DNA of 64,000 nucleotides from a bacterium (GCA_963662285.2 CAXXMV010000006.1:608001-672000); one strand, 5' to 3'. Positions 10,480 to 21,143 are shown, counted from the first letter of the stretch. Notes: a model not told the origin generated them from the sequence alone. Translations and numbers: made by a program.

Positions 10480-10505
10480 TATCTACTATCTACTATCTAC
10501 TATCT
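10480..10505. repeat. Heptamer tandem repeat (TATCTAC)x3.7
   Basis: TATCTAC TATCTAC TATCTAC TATCT in the intergenic region. Confidence 0.8.
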
Positions 10506-10770
10506 CATATTTTCATCATATTGAATACGGTTCCCATTCAGGTTGTTCAAGATATTTATTTGCTTCATCATTTACAAAAACTTTGTTTACTGATTGATTA
10601 TAGTGATTATTACGAAATTATAAAATTTAATATTCGGATAAACCACTAAATAGTATTTGCTATTATTGCCAGTAGGTTTTATTATAAATGTAGTGATAAT
10701 TATTAGAAATAAATGTACGTTCAACCATTGATTTGTTGTGGACGGTTATAAAAAGGAGAACAGTATAATC

Positions 10771-11808
10771 ATGCAATCAAATAGAAGAAATTTTATACGA
10801 ACTGCTTTTGCGGGAGGCGCCGCCGCTGCTTTTATTAAACCTTCATTCGCTTTGCAGAGCAGCATGCAAAACAAGAATAAAGCGAGCATTTCAGTTGGCG
10901 ACGATCATACCCAAAACATTATTAATTCCTTAAAACCGCAAGCACAGCAAATAAAAGCAGCTATTGCAAACCGCAAAGTGATAATCAAACCCAACAATGT
11001 CTCTATCACCACTCAATTAAGCGCCACCCACGCTGATAGTTTGACTGGTATAGTTGAATTCCTTAAATCAATCTGTGTTTCTACCAATGATATGGTGATC
11101 GCTGAATCAGCCGCCAGCGGTCCGACTTTGGAAGGTTTTGAGAATTATGGTTATAACAAAATAAATAAAAAATATGGCGTTGATCTGGTCGATTTAGATC
11201 AGGAGCCTATCCAGAGAGTGCATGTTATCAGCGATGAGACTTTCCATCCGGTGTTTGTCAGGATGTCAAAACTACTGCTTGATCCTGAAACATTTGTGAT
11301 CTCCGCCGCTGTTATGAAAACTCATGACCGGGTTGTTACTACATTGTCGCTTAAAAATATCATCTTTGGCGCTCCAATCAAAGATGTAGGTTTCCGTTGG
11401 GGTGGAGATAGTAAAAAAGGCGCCCGTAATGATAAGCCGCTAGCGCATGGCGGCGGTTTTAAAGGCGTCAATTACAACCTCTTCCAACTGGCGCCGAAAC
11501 TTGGTCCTGATCTGGCCGTGATTGACGGCTTCCAGGGCATGGAAGGCAACGGGCCGGTCGGTGGAACTCCAGTCGATCATAAAATCGCCGTCTCCAGCCT
11601 GCATTGGTATTCGGCGGACCGTACGGCGCTGGAACTGATGGGCATCGATGTCGCCGATGTCGGGTATATGAACTACTGCGCTCAAGCCGGTATGGGTGAA
11701 ATTGATGTCAACAAGATTGAACAGTTAGGCGAACCAATAAAGGGCAATATCAAAAAATATAAATTGTCCACCAGTTTTGAAAAGCAGTTGATGTGGAAGG
11801 AAACTTGA
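10771..11808 (+). CDS. Tat-exported DUF362 domain protein
   Basis: NRRNFI Tat motif after AAGGAG RBS; IIKPN, KTH...TLSLKN, IDGFQGMEGNGP. Confidence 0.85.
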   Translation: MQSNRRNFIRTAFAGGAAAAFIKPSFALQSSMQNKNKASISVGDDHTQNIINSLKPQAQQIKAAIANRKVIIKPNNVSITTQLSATHADSLTGIVEFLKSICVSTNDMVIAESAASGPTLEGFENYGYNKINKKYGVDLVDLDQEPIQRVHVISDETFHPVFVRMSKLLLDPETFVISAAVMKTHDRVVTTLSLKNIIFGAPIKDVGFRWGGDSKKGARNDKPLAHGGGFKGVNYNLFQLAPKLGPDLAVIDGFQGMEGNGPVGGTPVDHKIAVSSLHWYSADRTALELMGIDVADVGYMNYCAQAGMGEIDVNKIEQLGEPIKGNIKKYKLSTSFEKQLMWKET

Positions 11809-11822
11809 TTTTAATTATTCTT

Positions 11823-11856
11823 GGTGGGCTACGCTTTCGCTTTTAGCCCACCCTAC
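11823..11856 (-). repeat. GTAG-type REP (family B)
   Basis: Minus strand GTAGGGTGGGCTAAAAGCGAAAGCGTAGCCCACC; related copies at ~55358-55381, 55449-55462, 59721-59750, 61455-61484. Confidence 0.8.
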
Positions 11857-11868
11857 GCGTAGGCGTGT

Positions 11869-13569
11869 TTAATCAATCAATTTCACGTCCACATATTGCA
11901 TACCTGTATTCTTATCGCCTTGATTGATCCATGCCTCCAGACGCGCTGAGCCTGCGGGTAAATTAACTGTTTGCAAAGTGCATTCTTCATCGCCTTTGCG
12001 TAACTCTTGTTTCAGAATCACGTTGCGCAGTTTGAAATAACCGACCGCGTCTGATTGCAATGGATGGAATCTCAACCGGATGTCGTATTTGGCGGTCTTT
12101 AATATTTCCACTTCCCAATAGCCAATGGAATCCTTGCCCCATCCCGCGTCCGGGCCGCGCCAATCCTGGGGAGTCAATATGGTTGGATTTTCCTTGGGTG
12201 AACCTATATGTATCCTCGGTGGAGCATAACCTCTTTCGCCGGATACATCCCTGAACCATTCCAGGTATTCATCACGCATTTGGGCAACCATCTTTGGATT
12301 ATCATCCGCGATATCAGTCTTCTCATAGGGGTCGTTTTGGATATCGTAGAGTTCCACTCCATTGATCAGTTTGTATTTCTGGCTGCGAACTGCGCAATCG
12401 CGGAAACGTTCGGGAACGTCGCCGCGATGCCATTGGAAGAATAGGTTCCTGTCATCCCATTTAGGCGAATCTTGAGTCAGTAAGGGCATCAGGCTTCTAC
12501 CGTCTAATGCGACATTATCAGGTTTTTTGATTCCACATGCGTCAAGGATAGTGGGCGCAACATCGATATGGGCGGCGATGCGGTCTGAATTATTGCCCGG
12601 CTTTAATTTGTTGGGCCAGCGGATAAAGAATGGAACGCGGATGCCTCCTTCATAGACTTGACCTTTTCTACCCCGTAAGCCTGCGGTATAGCGTTTTTGT
12701 TTCGGGCCATTGTCGGTTAGAAAGATAACGATGGTATTCTCTTCCAGGTTCAGGCGCTTCAACGCAGCTAGTAGTTTACCCAGGTTGTCATCAATATTCT
12801 CAACCATGCCATAGACTTTGGCGGTTGTATCATCGAGACCCATATCACGGTATGGTTTGACGTATTTTTCGTCGATCTGTAATGGCGTATGGGGCGCGTT
12901 GGTCGCCAGATAAGTAAAGAAGGGTTGGTCTTTATTATTTTCTATGAAATCAATGGCGGCGTCAGTGAAAATATCGGTGCAATAGCCTTTGAAGGTTTTG
13001 AACCGTCCGTTGTGTAACAACTCTGGATCATCATACTTGCTGCCGGGAGGGTTAGCTGGTTGGGCTAGACCGCCTCCCATGTGGATTAGATATTCATCGA
13101 ATCCCTGGTCGTCGGGTCGCATAGGGACATTATCGCCTAAATGCCATTTGCCGAATATTCCGGTTTTGTATCCCGCCGCGCTCAGCATTTCCGCTATAGT
13201 GGTCTCTTCGCCGTGCATCATGGCGCGGCCTAAATAAGTATCGATGGCGCCGGTGCGGTAATTGTATCGCCCGGTCATCAGGCTGGCGCGGGTGGGGGCG
13301 CAAACCGGACATACGTAGAATTGGGTCATAACGGCGCTCTGCTTGGATAGGGCGTCCATGTGGGGAGTGTGGATTTTATCGTTGCCATGAACGCCGATGT
13401 CGCCATATCCCTGATCGTCGGTCATTATCAATACGACATTAGGACGTTTACTATTATCGTCTGCACTGAAAACGGATGGACACGCCGCTGCTCCAAGACC
13501 GCTGGCTATAAGGGAAGTGAAAGCTCTTCGGTTCAATAATGGGTGTTGACTGGTTTTAATATTACTCAT
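11869..13569 (-). CDS. Tat-exported arylsulfatase (formylglycine-dependent)
   Basis: NRRAF Tat; PNVVLIMTDDQG, CAPTRASLMTG, GKWHLG, YEGGIRVP. Confidence 0.93.
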   Translation of the reverse strand: MSNIKTSQHPLLNRRAFTSLIASGLGAAACPSVFSADDNSKRPNVVLIMTDDQGYGDIGVHGNDKIHTPHMDALSKQSAVMTQFYVCPVCAPTRASLMTGRYNYRTGAIDTYLGRAMMHGEETTIAEMLSAAGYKTGIFGKWHLGDNVPMRPDDQGFDEYLIHMGGGLAQPANPPGSKYDDPELLHNGRFKTFKGYCTDIFTDAAIDFIENNKDQPFFTYLATNAPHTPLQIDEKYVKPYRDMGLDDTTAKVYGMVENIDDNLGKLLAALKRLNLEENTIVIFLTDNGPKQKRYTAGLRGRKGQVYEGGIRVPFFIRWPNKLKPGNNSDRIAAHIDVAPTILDACGIKKPDNVALDGRSLMPLLTQDSPKWDDRNLFFQWHRGDVPERFRDCAVRSQKYKLINGVELYDIQNDPYEKTDIADDNPKMVAQMRDEYLEWFRDVSGERGYAPPRIHIGSPKENPTILTPQDWRGPDAGWGKDSIGYWEVEILKTAKYDIRLRFHPLQSDAVGYFKLRNVILKQELRKGDEECTLQTVNLPAGSARLEAWINQGDKNTGMQYVDVKLID

Positions 13570-13663
13570 CAGTTTTCTCCGAATTAACGTATTTTATTAT
13601 GACAACTACTCTCAGTTTATTCGATCATTATAAGACATGATAGATGAGAAGAATGATAAAAAT

Positions 13664-13695
13664 AAATCCCTTGCCGGATTATCAGCAAGGGATTT
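13664..13695 (-). terminator. Probable intrinsic terminator of the DUF1080 gene
   Basis: AAATCCCTTGC...GCAAGGGATTT stem followed by a T-rich tract on the minus strand. Confidence 0.6.
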
Positions 13696-13720
13696 CGATG
13701 ATTCTTATTTGAATATGTGA

Positions 13721-14860
13721 TTAAAATTCAATAATGCGAATATCTTTCCAATAGGTGACCATTTCGATGCCTTTATGGATTTGAAATGCGAATATGCCTT
13801 TTTTGCGGGTGGGATCGTTGTGTTCGATGGTCTTGATGCCATTGATGAATAATTCGACATCGGGTCCGATAGCAGTGATTTCATAAGTGTTCCAACCTTC
13901 CAGGTCGAGAATCTTGCTGCTGTCGAATTTCGGTTTAACCAGGATGCCTTTTTCGCTTTGGTCATATAGGTGGCCGGTGATCCAATCGCTGCTGGGATCG
14001 ATATCAGCCTGGAAGCCATGCACCATATCATCTACCGCCCAACTACGGAATTGGATGCCGGAATTGCCTGAGGCAATTTTGAATTGCAGTGAGCAATGAA
14101 AATTGCTGTATTCTTTTTCAGAAAGCAACCAACCGTATCCACCTTTATCGGACTCGCCTTTGATTGTTTTATCAGCAATAGACCATATCGAATCGCCTAG
14201 AGTCTTCCATCCGGTCAGGCTTTTGCCGTCGAACATTGATACCCAATCCTGTTTATTAGGGATTTCCAGAATACGCAGGTCGGTCCATTCCATAGATGAT
14301 TCGGGTGATGTAACCATTTGTAAGGCGATGATGCCTTTTTTGTCGCCTTTAGGATCGTTATGGCTTATCATTAACTGACCGTTTACTTTGATTTCGATCC
14401 GGTCGCCGATCGCCGTAATTTCGTAGGTGTTCCATTGGTCTTTTTTGAAAACTTTGTTTGCCGTGATTTTGGTCGCTTTCAGCATTCCCCGGCCATTCTC
14501 TTCTACCAGCGATCCTGTAGCCGTTGGGCGTCCCGGATCGAGATTGCATTGATAGCCGATCATCTTGCCATCTTCTACTCGACTGCGAACCTGGATGCCG
14601 CTGTTGCCGCCGCTCCATTTGAAACGGGCGCGAAAGACGAAATCGGAATAACTTTTTTCAGTAAGCAGCCATCCCATTTGGTCGCCAACGCCATTTACTT
14701 TTATAGCGCCGTCTTCCACCTTCCATTCAGGCGATCCTAGTACTTTCCAGCCGTCAAGGTTCTCGCCGTTGAATAGAGGCTGCCAGATGCCAGCGTAACC
14801 TGCATTGGCAATAACGATTGATGTAATAAGTCCTACCAATAATGTTCGTACAAATTTCAT
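13721..14860 (-). CDS. Secreted tandem DUF1080 domain protein
   Basis: Start MKFVRTLL (signal peptide); two repeats of LFNG/FDG..L.GW, NSGIQ.RS, WNTYEITAIG, KG..A.Q. Confidence 0.88.
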   Translation of the reverse strand: MKFVRTLLVGLITSIVIANAGYAGIWQPLFNGENLDGWKVLGSPEWKVEDGAIKVNGVGDQMGWLLTEKSYSDFVFRARFKWSGGNSGIQVRSRVEDGKMIGYQCNLDPGRPTATGSLVEENGRGMLKATKITANKVFKKDQWNTYEITAIGDRIEIKVNGQLMISHNDPKGDKKGIIALQMVTSPESSMEWTDLRILEIPNKQDWVSMFDGKSLTGWKTLGDSIWSIADKTIKGESDKGGYGWLLSEKEYSNFHCSLQFKIASGNSGIQFRSWAVDDMVHGFQADIDPSSDWITGHLYDQSEKGILVKPKFDSSKILDLEGWNTYEITAIGPDVELFINGIKTIEHNDPTRKKGIFAFQIHKGIEMVTYWKDIRIIEF

Positions 14861-14991
14861 GATTTTCTCCCACAAGAAAATAGAGTTATTTATATAACGA
14901 TACACCAAATACTACGATTTTTCCAAGCCGTACCTTGCAAATTGGATGCAATAAATTTATTTCAATAGATAGTATATGTTGCTTGTATAAT

Positions 14992-16650
14992 CTAATCTTT
15001 GATAATTGTGATGCGTTGGTTTAAGGCAGGGTGGGGGATTGTCTGGGCTTTTTTATGGCGCCAGTAGATAGTCAACTCATCGATTGCATTTATCTCGCCA
15101 AAACCGAAATGCATGATCTGGGAATTCTGGGATAGGTAGCCCGATCCACCATCGATGCTTCGCGACCAGGTCTTGTCGCCATTTTTGGCGACTACCCGCA
15201 CGCTATAAATTTGAGCCGATAGACCATCCAGTTTAACTTGCAGCCAGTTTCCCTTTTCTGACTGGTTTTCTAATAAAACCGGGGTGGAATCCATGCAGTT
15301 GATGACTATATCCATGTCCCCGTCATTATCATAATCGAGCAAGGCCGATCCCCGTCCTGATTTACTGGCAATATTTACTGGCAACGCGGTTTTGGATATA
15401 TCATTGAAACGTTTGCCGTCATTTCGGTATATAGAGGCGCCTTGAGCGTAGCGCGGACTTTTATCAAGGTTATCAACTTGAGGATAAACATGTCCATTGG
15501 CGGTGTAGATATCCAGCCAGCCATCCGCATCGAAATCGCAGAAACCGCTGCCCCAGGTCACCCGCTTAAGGGTCGCGCCAAACAGACCAGCGAAGGCGGT
15601 CTCATCGCTCAGGACGCCATCGCCCTGGTTCTGGTAGAGCATATCTGATTCGCGTTCATAGGATGTAATCAGCAGATCGAAGAAGCCGTCGTTATTGTAG
15701 TCGCCCGCGCTGACACCCATGCTGGCCCCGCCGCGTCCACTGTCGGAGAATCCCCCGCCTGATAGAAAACTGAGGTCTTCGAAAACTCCGGCGCCGTTGT
15801 TTTGTAGAATATGGTTGTAGGTTGAATCGTTGGTCACATATAAGTCCGGGTCGCCGTCGTTTTCCATGTCAAAAAACACTGATCCCATAGCACGTCCACG
15901 GGATACGTTGATCATTGCTTTGGCGGAAGCATTTTGGAATTTCCCCGTTCCGTCATTGAGGTAGAGCAGGTCGCGTTGTGAATCCAGGGCCATTGGCCCC
16001 ATCAAAACTTTTTGCCCCAGGTATATGGCGTAAAGTTTGCCATGTACCTGGGGATCGAATTCAACGTAATTGCCCACGAATAGGTCCAGGTCGCCATCGT
16101 TATCCACATCCACGAAACAGGCGGATGCGGCGTATTGGTCGTTTTCTAAACCACAAGCGGCGGTGGCTTCGTGGAAGGTTCCATCGCCGTTATTTTTGTA
16201 GAGCGTATTTGCTCCATAGTTGCCGACGAAAAGGTCCAGCCAGCCATCGTTATCAATGTCGCCGAATATGGCGCACATTCCGAAGCCCAGGTCGCCCACT
16301 CCTGCGCTGGCGGTAACATCGGTGAAGATGCCGCCATCGTTGCGGAAAAGAGTGTTTTGGTATTGTTCATCGGATTGGTCGTATTGCGGTCTGCCATTGA
16401 CGAAGTAGATGTCATCGTCTCCGTCATTGTCATAGTCGGCCACGGCCACGCCTGAACCCATCGCATCGATAATCCAGCGTTTATCAAGGTTGCCTAATCT
16501 ATGGTGGAATCCATCCAAACCCACGGCTTTTGTTTTATCAATAAAAAGAATCGATCCGCAATATCCATTACTATAAGATAACAGGATAATTATCCATGAT
16601 AATATTTTTGAGACGCCCTGTGAAATATACTCACATGATATTGTTTTCAT
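14992..16650 (-). CDS. CRTAC1 family protein (FG-GAP/VCBS repeats + ASPIC/UnbV)
   Basis: Repeated DxDNDGxxD motifs; C-terminal GSGYLSQNSQIMHFGFG. Confidence 0.9.
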   Translation of the reverse strand: MKTISCEYISQGVSKILSWIIILLSYSNGYCGSILFIDKTKAVGLDGFHHRLGNLDKRWIIDAMGSGVAVADYDNDGDDDIYFVNGRPQYDQSDEQYQNTLFRNDGGIFTDVTASAGVGDLGFGMCAIFGDIDNDGWLDLFVGNYGANTLYKNNGDGTFHEATAACGLENDQYAASACFVDVDNDGDLDLFVGNYVEFDPQVHGKLYAIYLGQKVLMGPMALDSQRDLLYLNDGTGKFQNASAKAMINVSRGRAMGSVFFDMENDGDPDLYVTNDSTYNHILQNNGAGVFEDLSFLSGGGFSDSGRGGASMGVSAGDYNNDGFFDLLITSYERESDMLYQNQGDGVLSDETAFAGLFGATLKRVTWGSGFCDFDADGWLDIYTANGHVYPQVDNLDKSPRYAQGASIYRNDGKRFNDISKTALPVNIASKSGRGSALLDYDNDGDMDIVINCMDSTPVLLENQSEKGNWLQVKLDGLSAQIYSVRVVAKNGDKTWSRSIDGGSGYLSQNSQIMHFGFGEINAIDELTIYWRHKKAQTIPHPALNQRITIIKD

Positions 16651-16712
16651 TAAGATTTAGAACAACAATGAATTCAAAGAATTTTATTTACAGACTTTTA
16701 TTATTGTTATTC

Positions 16713-18359
16713 TTATTGCTCTTTAATGGAACCTAAGCGCTTCTCCCATTCAGGGTTAACTTTTCGGGCGAATACCCTGGCGGGGTGAGTTGGATCTAGT
16801 TCTTTTAGGAAGAAATTCATACCCTCCCGGTGACGCCTCTCCAAATCGCCTTTCAACCAGCGCAGATATTTCAGGAACCGTTCGTCATCCCAATCCGAGC
16901 GATGGCTTTTGAATATTAAAATGTAGGCCGGTTCATCGAAGGGAACTTCATATCCGGTAGGGATATTTTTGCCAAAATGATACAGAGTTCCCGGTTTCAT
17001 CAATTTGCGTTGTCCGGCGCGGCATAAAACCCATTTGCCTTTGACCGTGAAAATAAGGCTTTCAGAACTGTGGGCGTGTTCGGGCGTGTATTGCCCGGGG
17101 ATCATTTCAATATAATGGGCTTGCGATTCCGCAGCTTTCATCAATGGTCCGATGCGTCCTTCAACCGTATCGATCCCGGGACATTCCGATGGATCGGTGA
17201 CATCATAAATAATCTGTACGCCGCCCCAACTCTTGGTCGTCTCATCGAACGGGATGTCTAAGGGGAAGCGTTCTTTTAACCAGGAAATTATTTGGATATA
17301 AAATTCTTCGCTATACGGACGTGCGAAACTGGAAAAATCGAAGCGCTCTTTTATCCTATCCCCGGCTTCATCGGCGGATAACTGGAAATTATGATCAGCT
17401 GATGCAACCGTGAACCATGACGCATCCGTATTTCCCGCTTCTTTCATGATCTCAACAGCCTTTTGGTGGTCGCCGAGGGGAACGTTCATATCCAGTTCGC
17501 CTTGAATGGCTAAGGCCGGTTTTTGGATATAGCGATACAACTCGCCTGGTTCGTTGGCTAATTCTTCCCGCTTACGTTCGAGTCCCATTACCCACTCTTT
17601 ATCATCCAGCGTAAAGCAAAAGGTAGCCTCTCCCACCTGTGCGGACTTAAACATTTCCTCATAACCATAGCCCAGGCGCAGATCATGGAAGGCGTTTTGT
17701 TTAGCCCAACTCATGTTTTCTGTACTTTGTTCAGCCCAGTCTTTCAGGCGTCCAAAATTATAAGCATATAATTCCGGAGAAGTGCTGCTCAGCCCTCCCA
17801 GGAACAAATAGCCATCCGCCAGTAATTTATCCTTGGCGGCCAGGCAAGCCAGATAAGCCCCGGCGCTTTCTCCGGCGACAATTACTGATAATACATTTGT
17901 TTTACGACGTGCAAATAATATGGCCGCTTTCAGATCATTGGCCTGATCCTGATAGGTTACAGCGCCAGAAGATTTTGATGATTTCCCGAATCCGCGTTTA
18001 TCAAAGCGCAAGGTTGCGTATCCCGCATCGTTTAACTGATCGGATAAACGTTTGATTGCGTCACGCCTGGTGATGCCATTTCGAAGCAAACACTCCCCAT
18101 CCCGCGTATGAGATAGCGTTCCACCCGCCATGACAATGCAATGATAAGGCCCGTCGCCATCGGGCAGACTCATCGTCGCAGCAATCGTTATATCCTTTTG
18201 CGAAGTGAAAGTTACGTCGAGAATCTTGGTCCCCGAAGGATTCCCGTGATCGTGGTGTCGGTGTGAATAAGCTGTTGGTGCGCAATAGAAAGTGATTACA
18301 GCCAGCAACCATATACCACTCAATGACGGTGTTACTATTTTCATAAATTTATTACTCAT
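16713..18359 (-). CDS. Secreted alpha/beta hydrolase fused to a C-terminal cupin
   Basis: RFDKRGFGKS, GESAG nucleophile elbow, QGELD, DHNF; cupin PGQYTPEHAHSSE. Confidence 0.75.
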   Translation of the reverse strand: MSNKFMKIVTPSLSGIWLLAVITFYCAPTAYSHRHHDHGNPSGTKILDVTFTSQKDITIAATMSLPDGDGPYHCIVMAGGTLSHTRDGECLLRNGITRRDAIKRLSDQLNDAGYATLRFDKRGFGKSSKSSGAVTYQDQANDLKAAILFARRKTNVLSVIVAGESAGAYLACLAAKDKLLADGYLFLGGLSSTSPELYAYNFGRLKDWAEQSTENMSWAKQNAFHDLRLGYGYEEMFKSAQVGEATFCFTLDDKEWVMGLERKREELANEPGELYRYIQKPALAIQGELDMNVPLGDHQKAVEIMKEAGNTDASWFTVASADHNFQLSADEAGDRIKERFDFSSFARPYSEEFYIQIISWLKERFPLDIPFDETTKSWGGVQIIYDVTDPSECPGIDTVEGRIGPLMKAAESQAHYIEMIPGQYTPEHAHSSESLIFTVKGKWVLCRAGQRKLMKPGTLYHFGKNIPTGYEVPFDEPAYILIFKSHRSDWDDERFLKYLRWLKGDLERRHREGMNFFLKELDPTHPARVFARKVNPEWEKRLGSIKEQ

Positions 18360-18453
18360 TTGATATAGAGGCCTTCTCTCGGATTGAAATTCTGCGTAGT
18401 ATTACGTTTATGAATATCGTAATACTAATCTAGACAAAAGAAAAGAGGTTAGA

Positions 18454-19725
18454 ATGAAATTGCGGAGTATTTGTCAAAGTTTAATGTTGAGCGCAATCGT
18501 AGTAAGCAGTTTGGTAGCGGCAAGTCAGGCCTATGGTTCATCAGGTGTGGATGGCTACCATTATAGGTTGCAAATGTTGTCATTACCTGATTTTGTCGGT
18601 GAAGGGAGATTGTTGTTGGATCCAGAGTTAGCAGTGGGCAACTGGTTTGGCGGAGGCCTGCAAATCGGCGATTGGAATCGCGACGGCAATATGGATATCT
18701 TTGTTTCGTCGTTTTTGGCCGATCCAGACGGGGTTTCAAACGCTGGGGCTATCTATGTTTTCCTGGGACCGGATTTTGAAGAAACCGAAAGAATCACCGC
18801 TCTACCGGAACCGGAAGAAAATGATAATTTCGGTATGCAAATAGAGTTTCAGGATATGAATAACGACAATATATCCGATTTAGTAGTTACAGGATTGCGC
18901 AGCCAGTATGTTCCCGACAATGAGAATGAGGCGGTTCTGAATCAAGCCGGAAGTTTCAGGGTTGTCTGGGGTCCGGATTATACTGAAGGACTTCGGTTTT
19001 TCGACGAGTATCCCGAAGCCAGCGCATGTTTAGGGCGGGGTTTAGAAGTCGCTGATTTTAACCAGGATGGTCAACTAGACATCGCGATTGGCGCAATCAA
19101 TGCTTATGGTAATATGGGTAAAGTAATTCTACGTTTTGGTCCGGATTTCACCGAACAGCAGGAATTGTTTTCTGATTATGTTGAACTGGGGATGCGTTTT
19201 GGCGCCAATCTGGGAGTGGGGGACTGGAACGGTGATGGAGTGACTGATCTCTTTATCGGAGCCGACAAAGCATGCAGCGAATCTGGTTTGAATAAAGCTG
19301 GTCATGTTCAAGTCTGGTACGGTCCGCAATATAAAGAAGAAGACGTGACCTATTTAGAAGAACAGCAACCTGAGGCGGATAACAATTTCGGGGCGGCCAT
19401 CGATTTTGGCGATATTACAGGCGACGGCGTACCTGATCTAGTCGTTGGAAAAAGCGGCGCCCAATGGCAAGGCAAGAGCTGGGTTGGTCAAGTGGTTATT
19501 TATCCCGGACCGGATTACGTTCAAGAAATTAAATTGGATTCACCACTTAAAGACGAGAATTCCATATTTGGTTCCGAAATAGCTATCGCCGACGTCAATG
19601 CGGATGGAATCAATGATCTAGTCGTTGGCGAATATTACGCAACGGTGGACGGAAATAGCAGTGCAGGAAGAGCATGGCTGTTTTTAGGCGTTAAAACCAA
19701 TGTTTCTCAATGGGAAATGTATTAG
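18454..19725 (+). CDS. Secreted FG-GAP (integrin-alpha-like) beta-propeller protein
   Basis: Signal peptide; about six FG...GDxNxDGxxD(L/I)..G..AG.V.V..GP repeats. Confidence 0.85.
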   Translation: MKLRSICQSLMLSAIVVSSLVAASQAYGSSGVDGYHYRLQMLSLPDFVGEGRLLLDPELAVGNWFGGGLQIGDWNRDGNMDIFVSSFLADPDGVSNAGAIYVFLGPDFEETERITALPEPEENDNFGMQIEFQDMNNDNISDLVVTGLRSQYVPDNENEAVLNQAGSFRVVWGPDYTEGLRFFDEYPEASACLGRGLEVADFNQDGQLDIAIGAINAYGNMGKVILRFGPDFTEQQELFSDYVELGMRFGANLGVGDWNGDGVTDLFIGADKACSESGLNKAGHVQVWYGPQYKEEDVTYLEEQQPEADNNFGAAIDFGDITGDGVPDLVVGKSGAQWQGKSWVGQVVIYPGPDYVQEIKLDSPLKDENSIFGSEIAIADVNADGINDLVVGEYYATVDGNSSAGRAWLFLGVKTNVSQWEMY

Positions 19726-19811
19726 CGTAAAGGCTTTCCCAAAATTATAGAATTTTCATAACATAAAATTATTGCATAACGATATCTTTTTAGCTCAAAG
19801 ATAGTTCACCA

Positions 19812-19839
19812 GAAAGGCGGGGCTTAGGCCCCGCCTTTC
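19812..19839. terminator. Bidirectional terminator between convergent genes
   Basis: GAAAGGCGGGGC-TTAG-GCCCCGCCTTTC. Confidence 0.7.
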
Positions 19840-19862
19840 AATGCAAGATATTTGATAATCAA

Positions 19863-21020
19863 TTAAGTAGTCGAGCCAACTTCTTCCCAGGTAATCATAC
19901 CGGGGCCGTAGCTGTTCTGGTCGCGGCGGAACATGGCTTTTTCGGCCATGAGAGTCATCAATGTCGCGATGCGGGCGGTCTCGGCGTTGCTGGTGGGAGT
20001 CTTGCCGGATTTGCAGCAATCAGCGAATTCGATCAATTCGCCGCGTACTGAATCATCGCCCCAGCTGGGGTTCTTGTCCGATACCTGACGCGGCTCTTCG
20101 CCGCGCACGTAAATGGTTCCCTTGAGCAGATCGACGCCGCCGTTGGTTCCCATGACCCATGATTTTTCTCCGGTAAAGGCATCGGGAACGCCATGCAGGT
20201 GAGTGTAAGATAAAATCGCTCCATTGGGGAAATGCCATGAGACGGCGCTCATGTTTTCGGCTTGATGGCGGAAAGGTTTTTTGTAATCAAAAGTGATTGA
20301 TCCAACCGCCAGGCAGTGGGTAGGAGCGATGCTGCCCATAACCCAGCTCATCAAATCCATGTGATGGCAGGCTTGTTCGTTTAACTTGCCGCCGGACATA
20401 TCCACGTTGCCAACCCAGCCGCCAACCTGTCCGGTTCCACCCCAATGCCATTGACCCTGCATAAAGGTGACGTCGCCGATTTGTCCATCATGGATGGCTT
20501 GAACGCCAGCCCGGTAGCCGATGTCTGATCTGCGTTGGAAAGCGACTTGATAGATGCCTTTGGCTTTGCGGGCGGCGGTGGTTACGGCGTCAACATTTTT
20601 GATGTTGGCGTCCATGCATTTTTCGCTTAGGCAGTTCAATCCCGATTCCAGCACGGGAACAACCACTTTAGCGTGGTTGCCGACTTCGGTGGCTACCACA
20701 ACGCCATCCAATTGTTCTTTAGCGATCATTTCACGAAAATCGGTGTAGGTGTTGATTTTACGGTCTTGATCTTCTTTGACGTATTCGGCGACTTGATCAG
20801 CTTTTCTCTGGATTAAATCGCATGACGCAACCAGTTCGATGCTGTCAACCGTTAAAGCGCGGCGCGCCAGATATGAACCGCGACCTCCGCAGCCGATCCA
20901 GGCCAGTCTGACTTTATCATTAGCTCCGATTACGCGTTTTGATGATGCTAAAGCCAATGTTGATGCTCCCACTACGGATGATTGCAAGAAACTCCTACGT
21001 GTAAAATTGGTGTTCCCCAT
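19863..21020 (-). CDS. Tat-exported Gfo/Idh/MocA oxidoreductase
   Basis: TRRSFL Tat; GANDKV, IGCGGRG, EK motif, EQACHHMD. Confidence 0.9.
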   Translation of the reverse strand: MGNTNFTRRSFLQSSVVGASTLALASSKRVIGANDKVRLAWIGCGGRGSYLARRALTVDSIELVASCDLIQRKADQVAEYVKEDQDRKINTYTDFREMIAKEQLDGVVVATEVGNHAKVVVPVLESGLNCLSEKCMDANIKNVDAVTTAARKAKGIYQVAFQRRSDIGYRAGVQAIHDGQIGDVTFMQGQWHWGGTGQVGGWVGNVDMSGGKLNEQACHHMDLMSWVMGSIAPTHCLAVGSITFDYKKPFRHQAENMSAVSWHFPNGAILSYTHLHGVPDAFTGEKSWVMGTNGGVDLLKGTIYVRGEEPRQVSDKNPSWGDDSVRGELIEFADCCKSGKTPTSNAETARIATLMTLMAEKAMFRRDQNSYGPGMITWEEVGSTT

Positions 21021-21143
21021 GGTTTTTTATCCCTTCTCTTATTATATTAATTCGCATTAATCCATCTCATACCTTTCTAACAATACCACTGCTTTACCTG
21101 AAAATCTATTCCAGCTGGAGTGATAATATTCGTTACTGGTTAT

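Noticed and set aside
10452-10649. 65-aa intergenic ORF (also 48789-49088, 55265-55477, 59651-59833, 28064-28267)
   Set aside because: These run through repeats or AT-rich intergenic DNA and lack recognisable protein motifs.
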